Assembly (NCBI RefSeq): GCF_044647545.1
Contig: NZ_CP172818.1
Source of the DNA: Escherichia coli
GTDB lineage: Bacteria; Pseudomonadota; Gammaproteobacteria; Enterobacterales; Enterobacteriaceae
Strand: one strand, 5' to 3'
Length of the DNA stretch: 64,000 bases
Made by a program: the position numbers and the translations under genes. Each line of letters begins with the position of its first letter. The first letter of the stretch is position 1. Positions 1-10,048 of the stretch are shown piece by piece. Under the pieces are notes generated by a model. It was not told the DNA's origin. It did no database searches and saw only the letters and a program-made list of their open reading frames with translations.

Positions 1-480
1 CGTTGGTGAAGTGCGGGTTGATTTGCAACGGGAACAGATTCAGCGCATCGAAACCTTGCGGATCGACAATCGGCATATCGTTGGTGGTACGAATGGTTGG
101 GCAAGCAAGGTTAGCGCCTGCGCTCCAGCCAATATACAGCGCGCCACGTTTCACCACGTCAGTAATTGGTGGCAGCAGCCCGCGCTCGCGGCACTGTTTC
201 AGCAACTGGAAAGTATTACCGCCGCCGACAATCACGATCTCAGCATTTTCAATCGCGGCAACGGGATCGACAACGCTATGAATACCGGTGACAGAAACAC
301 CCAGCGGAGCGAGAACCGCAGCCGTTTTCGCTGTGTAATCATCCCAGGTCTGCGTTACGCCAGCGAAAGGAATAAATACCGCTGAACGGCGACCCTGCAA
401 CTGTTCAGCAATCAGCGGCAGCGCGTGTTCCAGCCAGGCTTTACCCGGCAGCGTCGAGTTACTCAATAAAAGCAGTTCCA
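1..480 (-). CDS. pepE: Peptidase E (alpha-aspartyl dipeptidase), N-terminal ~160 codons; rest of gene lies beyond window start
   Basis: Reverse complement of 1-480 translates [30 protein letters not shown]...; ATG at 478-480 (complement) with GGAG upstream; recognised as PepE from memory. Not in ORF track because no stop in window. Confidence 0.9.
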
Positions 481-609
481 TTACTTCTCCGGTTAGTAAG
501 AAATCACGGGAGCCATGCTACCACTGTGATTTTAACCGCTTACTGACATGGCTCACGATGTTGCGCATTGCTTCTGGAAAGGATTTCCAGACGCAGGTCA
601 CGAATTTCC

Positions 610-3600
610 ATAAAACCAGACTGTTTTTTCATAAACACTCATTTACGATGACCCCCATCTCCCGAAAATCAGACAAACCACCATTACCGATAATCCCTAA
701 ACAAACACGAAAATCACCATACCGTTAATTTTTTTTTACAACGTACCATCACACTCAAACCACCCACAATCCACAAACTCGAAATGTCTTACTCATATAT
801 CACCACCCAGCGTTTGTAAACCATAACCAGTTGACGATTCCATTTTCACCATACCCCATTACAAACACCCAAACGAGCCCTCGTCATTTTTCACAAATTA
901 CCCCATATCGCTACGATATTCACCCCTTTACGAAACCCATTCACCCATACCATTTCATTTCAACGTACTGCATTGAAAATAAAAAAACACACCATATTCC
1001 AAATCCAAATCGCCACCCGTAACCCACGTTCCCCAACCATGACCCAACACCTCCAACGGTCCCATCAGCGACTTTATCCGTTAATTACCGTCATCAATTT
1101 CCCGCGTTCTCGCGCCTCTTCCATCGCATACGCCGATGACCCCACATACCCGTGTATTAAAACACCAGTTCCCTACCCCAACCTGATCCTCTTTTAATTA
1201 AATCGTTTGATCGATCATTCGTACAAAAACCCACCCGTGAATACTTCAAATTAAAGATGCCTTTCATACGCAAAACATGCTCACCAACCTCTTAATTTTT
1301 CTCTGTTCCATGATCTCCGTTAATCATCAATTCAACGTGATATTTCTGATGTTTCACTTTACCCACTGTGATTTAACTGATGTAACACCATGATCACGCA
1401 CGCCACCGAACCCACAGACTAACAGTACCACCTCAGAAACCGAGAAAAAGAAAGCATCAAATATTTCACCCCATCATCGAACACCATCGTAACCGACCAC
1501 CACGATAAAACCCCACAATCTCATCCAGGGTCACAAATCGAATCGCTCACATATTTTTATCATACCGCTACGAACAGCGAACAATCATCCGAACCAACGC
1601 CAATCTCACCCAACGCGAACATGCAGAATACAATCGAAACGTGTTCTTCCGCTGCTTTATCCGCCGCGTGCTGAAACTACGTGATTACCAAACACCGTCA
1701 CACCTCCTCCCACCAACAACGCGATCGATTCCTCGATGCTTTCTACCAACGATAACCAAATCGGAGATTATGCCGATCAGAATCCAAATCCCCCGCCGAG
1801 TTCATCCACCAACTATCAATTCCACGTACCACCACATAATTCGTTTTTAAATCACCAAATTAAACCAATCACCTACACAATTAACGACGATGATCTGAAA
1901 TTCATCCACACTCCCATTCCGCAATACAAAAAAAAAATATACAATAATTTTATACTTATTTCCATGATTTTCACCTTTTAATTCTCATCCCTCCTTTAAA
2001 CATATGTACACACGCTATTATTTAATTTGATTAATGTTCGTTTATTTTTCGATAATATTGATTAGATCTACCTACGAGCGTAAACCATATACCCAAGATT
2101 ATTTAATCATGAAACGTTAATAACTCATCTAATGAAATCTTTTTAACTGTTTCTTACCAAGTCACCATACCCCAATATTCATACCTATTTTTACCCCTCG
2201 AACCATTCTAACATCTTTCGATGAAAAGATAAAAAAGTTTCGTCCTATATTCGGGTTTGATAATCCGCGACGGCTTTTTCATATTACCACGTTAACCTTC
2301 ATTCCCGTCGCACCTACGCAATAATGTCCGGCGAATTCATCGTTATAAATTCGTCATTGCAGATAATAATGCGTTCGTTACCACTTTAACCAACGGTATA
2401 CCTCCGTGATCACGTCATCAATCCACGTAATGTTCATCAAAATCCTCCTCCGCTGTTCCACCTGTCTCCAACGACGCAGATTTCTTTCGATTTCTCCGTT
2501 CACAGAAATCCATCAATATTCATGCTTCCTGTTATCAACCATTCACCCACGCAGAGAAAGCCGCTGATTACCCCAACGAGATTCGCATCCAACATCGCTC
2601 CCATTCCACGGGCTCCGCACTGTAAACCACCAATCACCATCATCTTGATTTAATCTTACGTACTTTTCCACTTTCTACGATGTCTCCCGTTCTCGCCGCA
2701 CAAATTCAACCCTCGACCTCATCCGTATATCTAACTGATTCCACATCCAACTAATTTCCATCGCAAAAAATGCATTACCATAAAACCTGATCGTTTTTCC
2801 GCCCGCAATGTTATTTACTCCGTATAACCCGTTCAACACAGATAACAAACAAAATCACCATTCTCTAATCTTCCCCCCCAAAAATCGTTTTTTATACCTT
2901 CACGCACTGCTCGACGTGATATTCCGTCCACCCACCTTCTTCATATTCCCGTCCATCCTGTTTTTTCCAGAATCCCCCGCGATACCGACCACACGATACC
3001 GTCTTACCCATTCTTTCGACCAGACGATGAAGCTATTACGCACTTTATCGCGTACACTCTCCTTCTACCTTCCACCGACTTTCTAGAAACATTCACAATC
3101 ACCATGTGTTGTTCTACGTACCGTCCCCACCCTCGACATCAGAAAAAGTTTTTTATATACCATTTTTTCGAATCACTTCGTTATTCATACTCCCCACCTT
3201 TCTCATCACCACAACCGAAATTACCCGTTATTACCAACTCGATCACAAAATGATAATTTCTCTATATATTTACCTCTTCGCTTAGATTTCCCAAAATGAT
3301 ACCTTTACGATTCATATTTCCACCCACTAATATCACATCTTACATCCTTTCTAATAATTCACCACAACCAACCAATCCGACCATACAATAATATTTTACC
3401 AAATTTAAATTTCATAAACAATATTTTAGATAATAGACCCGTAATTTTTATATAAACATCGAAATTTTTATTCATAAATTCACTTTTATAAAAATTAATA
3501 TATTTTCCACCATGCAAACAATCTTATTTTTCTTCACCACAAGCCAAATGGAATATCTTTTTAATTTATTCATTCGATAAGATGTTTTTTCTCATATTCG

Positions 3601-4300
3601 TTTCAACCACCGTAATATCAAAAAACCGAGCAAATACGCCAGCAACCCGGGCATTCATCTCACTCTCTTCACCACCATAAAACCATCCATACCCTCCGAA
3701 TCCTACCAATTCCCACCACGACATCCAATTACCCATACAAATTTTTAAACCTAACTCATATCCCAACGAATTAATTTATCCACAACCGGAAAATCCCGAA
3801 TCGATTCCCCTTTCAACTCCCCTGTATTAATTTTTACATAACGCTTTCGATTTACCACGTCCGCCAATAATACCAGATTAACTCCCGATTCCCCCCCGCA
3901 ATTTTCAACATCCTCACCCCCCAGGAAAAACCAACAAACCCATCCACAACGACCACATCCCCTTAACCCCACACCCATTATCTCTTCATCCTCATCATTT
4001 CCCGACACACACAACTCTTTCAGCCAAACTTTTCTTCATCCCCACCAAGATTTTCTTATCATATACGATACAATTCCTCGACCCCTTTTAACAACTACGG
4101 TAAAACCACCCCGATCCCCTCATACCCAAAATCAACCACAATCAAACAATCTCACTTTTTCCATCCCTCTTTCCACATGCAAAACCTTTCCACCACGAAA
4201 ACACAGACTTTCAAACGATTTTTCACTCAAGAAAACGCTTTCTCCACATTTTTTCCAACACACACACACATTCAATATTGATTATCTTATTGCCACAAAA
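610..4300. other. Anomalous ORF-free, G-depleted (+ strand) block of ~3.7 kb between pepE and rluF; identity unknown
   Basis: Six-frame track shows only ORFs of 92 codons or fewer here; hand counts of several 60-nt lines give 2-7 G per 60 nt versus ~15 per 60 in flanks; A and C dominate. Boundaries approximate (left ~605-650, right ~4270-4310). Confidence 0.6.
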
Positions 4301-4422
4301 TTATCTATTTCCGGATACTTCTGTGATAAAAGCGGGCAGATCACATTAATTTCACGTTGCCTCATAACCCTTTTTTATCAACCCAAGAGGTACGGTATAT
4401 TCCGCGTTTTACAGGAGAATTT

Positions 4423-5358
4423 ATGCTGCCCGACTCATCAGTCCGTTTAAATAAATACATCAGCGAAAGCGGAATTTGCTCACGCCGCGAAGCGGATCGC
4501 TATATCGAGCAAGGCAATGTGTTCCTTAATGGCAAGCGAGCCACCATTGGCGATCAGGTGAAACCCGGCGACGTTGTGAAAGTAAACGGTCAGTTGATTG
4601 AGCCTCGGGAAGCCGAAGATTTGGTACTTATCGCCCTGAACAAGCCCGTCGGTATTGTCAGCACCACCGAAGATGGCGAGCGCGATAACATTGTCGATTT
4701 CGTTAACCACAGCAAACGCGTGTTCCCGATTGGCCGCCTGGATAAAGATTCCCAGGGGCTGATTTTCCTCACCAATCACGGCGATCTGGTGAATAAGATC
4801 CTCCGTGCGGGTAACGATCATGAGAAAGAGTATCTGGTGACGGTTGATAAACCGATTACCGATGAATTTATTCGTGGTATGGGGGCGGGAGTACCGATCC
4901 TCGGGACGGTAACTAAAAAGTGCAAAGTCAAAAAAGAAGCACCGTTTGTCTTCCGCATTACCCTGGTGCAGGGGCTGAACCGTCAGATTCGTCGCATGTG
5001 CGAGCACTTTGGTTACGAAGTGAAAAAGCTGGAACGTACGCGCATTATGAACGTCAGCTTAAGCGGCATTCCGCTGGGTGAGTGGCGCGATTTAACCGAC
5101 GATGAGTTAATCGATCTCTTTAAGCTCATTGAAAATTCCTCTTCCGAGGCAAAACCTAAAGCGAAGGCCAAACCGAAAACGGTAGGCATCAAACGTCCAG
5201 TCGTTAAGATGGAAAAAACGGTGGAAAAAGGCGGTCGCCCGGCGTCCAACGGTAAGCGTTTTACCTCGCCGGGGCGTAAAAAGAAGGGGGATCAGCGCCT
5301 GCCGCGCGTCGACGTATTTGCTGACCAGCTAAATGACGCCTCAGGATCCGGTTTATAA
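4423..5358 (+). CDS. rluF: 23S rRNA pseudouridine synthase RluF (S4 domain plus pseudouridine synthase domain)
   Basis: ORF 4357-5358; protein [45 protein letters not shown]... from ATG 4423. Frame as read here is 311 codons and overlaps yjbD; from memory K-12 RluF is 290 aa, so the 3' end is uncertain. Confidence 0.85.
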   Translation: MLPDSSVRLNKYISESGICSRREADRYIEQGNVFLNGKRATIGDQVKPGDVVKVNGQLIEPREAEDLVLIALNKPVGIVSTTEDGERDNIVDFVNHSKRVFPIGRLDKDSQGLIFLTNHGDLVNKILRAGNDHEKEYLVTVDKPITDEFIRGMGAGVPILGTVTKKCKVKKEAPFVFRITLVQGLNRQIRRMCEHFGYEVKKLERTRIMNVSLSGIPLGEWRDLTDDELIDLFKLIENSSSEAKPKAKAKPKTVGIKRPVVKMEKTVEKGGRPASNGKRFTSPGRKKKGDQRLPRVDVFADQLNDASGSGL

Positions 5359-5564
5359 GCCTGCTTTTTCTTCAATTGGCGGGCTTTTTTCGCTTCAGCC
5401 TCACGCTCGACCATTAATTTATCGATGTACTCTTTCTTAATGCTGTTAGTTTCGGAGTTGGTCAGTACGCGACCATGCGCAATCCGCGCCCGATCCAGCA
5501 GTGTTTTAAGTTCACGCTGCTCGCGTTCAGTCATCTCTTTTTGGGTAATACGGGGGAGTGCCAT
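5292..5564 (-). CDS. yjbD: Small conserved protein YjbD (DUF3811)
   Basis: 90-aa [37 protein letters not shown]...; position between rluF and lysC. Confidence 0.8.
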   Translation of the reverse strand: MALPRITQKEMTEREQRELKTLLDRARIAHGRVLTNSETNSIKKEYIDKLMVEREAEAKKARQLKKKQAYKPDPEASFSWSANTSTRGRR

Positions 5565-5815
5565 GATGGTGCCCTCAGTGAGCCAGAGAGTTCAGTGTAC
5601 GGGAATTCGTTTGCGAGCAGAACTGATAATATTCATTTTGCCTTCTCTTAACTATTTATCTCTTTCGATAATTAGCGATAAATACAGATAAAAATTTAAC
5701 GCAAATTATTATCCGATAAAGACGCTGGTTAACAGAGTACAGGCTCGTTTATTGATGAGCATAGTGACAAGAAAATCAATACGGCCCGAAATATAGCTTC
5801 CAGGCCATACAGTAT

Positions 5816-7165
5816 TTACTCAAATAAATTAAAATGCAGCTTCTGCACCACCTGCTCGGCATCTTCGCCGGGCACCAGGAAGCACAGGTTATGGCTGGAT
5901 GCGCCGTAACAAATCATGCGAATGTTGAACGGTTCCAGTACGCCGAATACCTCTTTGCCAACGCCGCAGGCTTTTGACAGGTCATTGCCAATCAACGCGA
6001 CCAGCGCCAGACCTTCCTCCACTTCTACCCGGCATAGTGCAGACAGCTCCATCAGCAGAGATTGCGTCAGCAACGTATCGCCAGTGGAGGTTGAACCGGT
6101 GGTATCAAGGGTTAATGCCACGCTCACTTCTGACGTGGTGATTAAGTCTACCGAAATATTATGCCGCGCGAGGATGCCGAAAACTTCCGCGAGGAAACCG
6201 CGAGAATGCAGCATATTCAGGCTGTGCAAAGTGAGCAGAGTCTGATTGCGACGAAGCGCCAGCGCGCGGAACAGCGGCGGATTTTCAGTTTTATTGCACA
6301 CCAGCGTACCACCTGCGCGTGGGTCTTTGCTGGAGCCGACAAAGACCGGGATATCGCTGCGTACTGCGGGTAGCAACGTTGCCGGATGCAGTACTTTTGC
6401 ACCAAAAGTTGCCATCTCTGCCGCTTCGGCAAACGCGATTTCATCAATGCGTTTTGCTGCGGAAACCACGCGTGGATCGGTGGTGTAGATGCCAGGGACG
6501 TCGGTCCAGATATCAACACGAGTTGCGTGTAAAGCCTCCGCCAGCAAGGCTGCCGTATAATCGCTGCCTCCACGGCCAAGCGTCGTTGTACGACCTTTAT
6601 TTTCGCTACCGATAAATCCCTGGGTGATCACTAAGCCTTCATTGAGGCGTGGGAGCAGCTGCAGCGCGGCCAGTTCCGCCAGCGCGGCTACATCTGGCTC
6701 TGCACGACCAAATCGGTCGTTGGTACGCATCACTTTACGTACATCAAACCACTGTGCCTGAACATCGCGTTCGCGCAGGATTTCGACAAACAGCAGGGTC
6801 GACATCAGCTCGCCGTGGCTGACCAGTTCATCTGTCAGCGCCGGAGACGTTGCCAGCGCCGCCGCTTCTGCCAGAACAGTAATGTTCTCCAGCAGACGTT
6901 CAATCTCTTCACGGATAACGTTCGGGTAACGCAGACGTTCCAGAATGGCAAACTGGATATTGCGGATTGCGTCGAGTTTTTCGAATCGCTCGCCAGGTTC
7001 CAGTCCTTCAGCTAAAGCGACCAGCAGATTAGTGATACCAGCAGAAGCCGAGAGGACAACTAAACGCACGTTGGCATCAGAAAGCACAATATCAGCGCTG
7101 CGGTTCATGGCGTCAAAATCAGCTACGCTGGTACCGCCAAATTTGGAGACAACAATTTCAGACAT
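5816..7165 (-). CDS. lysC: Lysine-sensitive aspartokinase III
   Basis: 449-aa ORF MSEIVVSKFGGTSVADFDAMNRSADIVLSDANVRLVVLSASAG...; full-length match to LysC from memory. Confidence 0.97.
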   Translation of the reverse strand: MSEIVVSKFGGTSVADFDAMNRSADIVLSDANVRLVVLSASAGITNLLVALAEGLEPGERFEKLDAIRNIQFAILERLRYPNVIREEIERLLENITVLAEAAALATSPALTDELVSHGELMSTLLFVEILRERDVQAQWFDVRKVMRTNDRFGRAEPDVAALAELAALQLLPRLNEGLVITQGFIGSENKGRTTTLGRGGSDYTAALLAEALHATRVDIWTDVPGIYTTDPRVVSAAKRIDEIAFAEAAEMATFGAKVLHPATLLPAVRSDIPVFVGSSKDPRAGGTLVCNKTENPPLFRALALRRNQTLLTLHSLNMLHSRGFLAEVFGILARHNISVDLITTSEVSVALTLDTTGSTSTGDTLLTQSLLMELSALCRVEVEEGLALVALIGNDLSKACGVGKEVFGVLEPFNIRMICYGASSHNLCFLVPGEDAEQVVQKLHFNLFE

Positions 7166-7189
7166 AACTACCTCGTGTCAGGGGATCCA

Positions 7190-7470
7190 TTTTCAGCCTT
7201 GGCACAAGGGAAGAGCGGAAGACGGGTGGGCGCAGAGCGATACTTCGCTACTATTTTCACCCAGAAGTGCTCCACCACTTGCGAAACGCCCGACTGCGAA
7301 CGCTTCTGGTGACAACCCAGGGGATTCAGCCCCTGTAGCCGATGATGAACGTGGCCAGCCGTTCAATCACCTCGGCGATGCACCCCCTCAGGTGTTATCA
7401 CAGGACTGGCTCCTCCAACACCGTTACTTGGGCAACGCGCCTCTTCTGGCCTGCGCTAGCGCAGGTAGTA
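7190..7470 (-). ncRNA. lysC leader containing lysine riboswitch (L box)
   Basis: Long 5' leader upstream of lysC on the - strand; minus-strand sequence begins AGAGGCGCGTTGCCCAAGTAACGGTGTTGGAGGAGCC... and contains GCCGAGG and GGGGCUGAAUCCCC, consistent with L-box features recalled from memory. Exact ends not determined. Confidence 0.65.
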
Positions 7471-7689
7471 CATTTATAAATAAAGGGTGAGCGGGGCGGT
7501 TGTCAACGATGGGGTCATGCGGATTTTTCATCCACTCCTGGCGGTCAGTAGTTCAGCTAATAAATGCTTCGCTGCGCTAAGGGTTTACACTCAACATTAC
7601 GCTAACGGCACTAAAACCATCACATTTTTCTGTGACTGGCGCTACAATCTTCCAAAGTCACAATTCTCAAAATCAGAAGAGTATTGCTA

Positions 7690-9339
7690 ATGAAAAACAT
7701 CAATCCAACGCAGACCGCTGCCTGGCAGGCACTACAGAAACACTTCGATGAAATGAAAGACGTTACGATCGCCGATCTTTTTGCTAAAGACGGCGATCGT
7801 TTTTCTAAGTTCTCCGCAACCTTCGACGATCAGATGCTGGTGGATTACTCCAAAAACCGCATCACTGAAGAGACGCTGGCGAAATTACAAGATCTGGCGA
7901 AAGAGTGCGATCTGGCGGGCGCGATTAAGTCGATGTTCTCTGGCGAGAAGATCAACCGCACTGAAAACCGCGCCGTGCTGCACGTAGCGCTGCGTAACCG
8001 TAGCAATACCCCGATTCTGGTTGATGGCAAAGATGTTATGCCGGAAGTCAACGCGGTGCTGGAGAAGATGAAAACCTTCTCGGAAGCGATTATTTCCGGT
8101 GAGTGGAAAGGCTATACCGGCAAAGCAATCACTGACGTAGTGAACATCGGGATCGGCGGTTCTGACCTCGGCCCGTACATGGTGACTGAAGCACTGCGTC
8201 CATACAAAAACCACCTGAACATGCACTTTGTTTCTAACGTCGATGGGACTCACATCGCGGAAGTGCTGAAAAAAGTAAACCCGGAAACCACGCTGTTCCT
8301 GGTAGCATCTAAAACCTTCACCACTCAGGAAACCATGACCAACGCCCATAGCGCGCGTGACTGGTTCCTGAAAGCGGCAAGTGATGAGAAACACGTTGCG
8401 AAACACTTTGCGGCGCTTTCCACCAACGCCAAAGCCGTTGGCGAGTTTGGTATTGATACTGCCAACATGTTCGAATTCTGGGACTGGGTCGGCGGTCGTT
8501 ACTCTTTGTGGTCAGCGATTGGCCTGTCGATTGTTCTCTCCATCGGCTTTGATAACTTCGTTGAACTGCTTTCTGGCGCACACGCGATGGACAAGCATTT
8601 CTCCACCACGCCTGCCGAGAAAAACCTGCCTGTACTGCTGGCGCTGATTGGCATCTGGTACAACAATTTCTTTGGCGCGGAAACTGAAGCGATTCTGCCT
8701 TATGACCAGTATATGCACCGTTTCGCGGCGTACTTCCAGCAGGGCAATATGGAGTCCAACGGTAAGTATGTTGACCGTAACGGTAAGGTTGTGGATTACC
8801 AGACTGGCCCGATTATCTGGGGTGAACCAGGTACGAACGGTCAGCACGCGTTCTATCAGCTGATCCACCAGGGAACCAAAATGGTACCGTGCGATTTCAT
8901 CGCTCCGGCTATCACCCATAACCCGCTCTCTGATCATCACCAGAAACTGCTGTCTAACTTCTTTGCTCAGACCGAAGCGCTGGCGTTTGGTAAATCCCGC
9001 GAAGTGGTTGAGCAGGAATATCGCGATCAGGGTAAAGATCCGGCAACGCTTGACTACGTGGTGCCGTTCAAAGTGTTCGAAGGTAACCGCCCGACCAACT
9101 CCATCCTGCTGCGTGAAATCACTCCGTTCAGCCTGGGTGCGTTGATTGCGCTGTATGAGCACAAAATCTTTACTCAGGGCGTGATCCTGAACATCTTCAC
9201 CTTCGACCAGTGGGGCGTGGAACTGGGTAAACAGCTGGCGAACCGTATTCTGCCAGAGCTGAAAGATGACAAAGAAATCAGCAGCCACGATAGCTCGACC
9301 AATGGTCTGATTAACCGCTATAAAGCGTGGCGCGGTTAA
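7690..9339 (+). CDS. pgi: Glucose-6-phosphate isomerase
   Basis: 549 aa from [25 protein letters not shown]... (ORF track starts 6 nt upstream at 7684). Confidence 0.97.
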   Translation: MKNINPTQTAAWQALQKHFDEMKDVTIADLFAKDGDRFSKFSATFDDQMLVDYSKNRITEETLAKLQDLAKECDLAGAIKSMFSGEKINRTENRAVLHVALRNRSNTPILVDGKDVMPEVNAVLEKMKTFSEAIISGEWKGYTGKAITDVVNIGIGGSDLGPYMVTEALRPYKNHLNMHFVSNVDGTHIAEVLKKVNPETTLFLVASKTFTTQETMTNAHSARDWFLKAASDEKHVAKHFAALSTNAKAVGEFGIDTANMFEFWDWVGGRYSLWSAIGLSIVLSIGFDNFVELLSGAHAMDKHFSTTPAEKNLPVLLALIGIWYNNFFGAETEAILPYDQYMHRFAAYFQQGNMESNGKYVDRNGKVVDYQTGPIIWGEPGTNGQHAFYQLIHQGTKMVPCDFIAPAITHNPLSDHHQKLLSNFFAQTEALAFGKSREVVEQEYRDQGKDPATLDYVVPFKVFEGNRPTNSILLREITPFSLGALIALYEHKIFTQGVILNIFTFDQWGVELGKQLANRILPELKDDKEISSHDSSTNGLINRYKAWRG

Positions 9340-9355
9340 TTAAAAACCTTAATAA

Positions 9356-9387
9356 CAATGCCGACTATAAGTCGGCATTGTTTTATC
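9356..9387 (+). terminator. Putative intrinsic terminator downstream of pgi
   Basis: Inverted repeat caatgccgact/agtcggcattg followed by ttttatc. Confidence 0.6.
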
Positions 9388-9692
9388 AGATAAATCCTCT
9401 TGTCTGTTATTTAACGAAAATCATACCGTGAGGTTAATCCTAAAATAGATTTTTAATCGTGATTGATTTCGGAAAATACGCAGATTAATTACTTTTATTT
9501 TTATTTTAAGCTTATGATTTTTAATATTATTTATATATAAGTTGAAGCTTATATTTGATATTCATTCCAATTATCCTAAAACCCCATCGCTAATTCCCTG
9601 CGCCGTAATTCGCATGCTTTAGTTGTGTATACTCGATCCCGCCCGAAATGTTTTTGGGTAAATCTCCATTCATTCAATGAAGGGAAATTGTT

Positions 9693-9935
9693 ATGAAAAA
9701 AGTTCTGTATGGCATTTTTGCCATATCTGCGCTTGCGGCGACTTCTGCGTGGGCTGCACCTGTACAGGTGGGCGAAGCGGCAGGATCGGCAGCAACGTCG
9801 GTTTCGGCGGGGAGTTCCTCCGCGACCAGCGTCAGCACCGTAAGCTCGGCGGTGGGTGTCGCGCTCGCGGCAACCGGTGGCGGTGATGGTTCTAATACCG
9901 GGACCACAACAACCACGACCACCAGTACCCAGTAA
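9693..9935 (+). CDS. yjbE: Small secreted Ser/Thr/Gly/Ala-rich protein YjbE (yjbEFGH operon)
   Basis: 80-aa [24 protein letters not shown]... with signal peptide and low-complexity S/T/G tail. Confidence 0.85.
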
Positions 9936-10048
9936 TAAAGTATGTATCCCCAAAATAATTCGAGTCATTGCATCTGTGGCTTGAAGTATGAAGGGATTTA
10001 CCATAACCACACTCCGGTGTGGTTATTCTGCCCCTCTGGAGAAGAGTC

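Noticed and set aside
831-3086. Short + strand ORFs inside the anomalous block (831-1022, 973-1197, 1641-1850, 1736-1981, 2808-3086) as possible small genes
   Set aside because: All are 92 codons or fewer, overlap one another, and their P/H/T/N/I-rich translations simply mirror the C/A-rich, G-poor composition. ATG is rare without G, so the reported starts are largely chance or alternative starts, and no RBS is visible.
3566-4014. Minus-strand ORFs 3566-3766 and 3751-4014 inside the block
   Set aside because: G/W/C-rich translations are a compositional artefact of the C-poor minus strand; no RBS or conserved motif.
610-4300. The block as an IS element, transposon, integron cassette or prophage remnant
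   Set aside because: No transposase, integrase or phage ORF, no terminal inverted repeats and no target-site duplication seen by eye.
610-4300. The block as an organellar-type (mitochondrial-like) insertion, suggested by strand-biased G depletion
   Set aside because: G depletion is far more extreme than typical mitochondrial sense strands, and the short-ORF translations are not hydrophobic membrane-protein-like.
610-4300. The block as a CRISPR array or other regular tandem-repeat array
   Set aside because: No regularly spaced direct repeats of 25-40 bp are visible, and no cas genes are present anywhere in the window.
4480-5007. 175-aa minus-strand ORF inside rluF (and 4590-4775)
   Set aside because: Antisense to a well-supported gene; spurious long frame typical of a GC-rich coding region.
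7885-9288. Minus-strand ORFs 7885-8406 and 8512-9288 (173 and 258 aa) within pgi
   Set aside because: Antisense shadow ORFs of pgi; R/H/F/V-rich compositions, no independent support.
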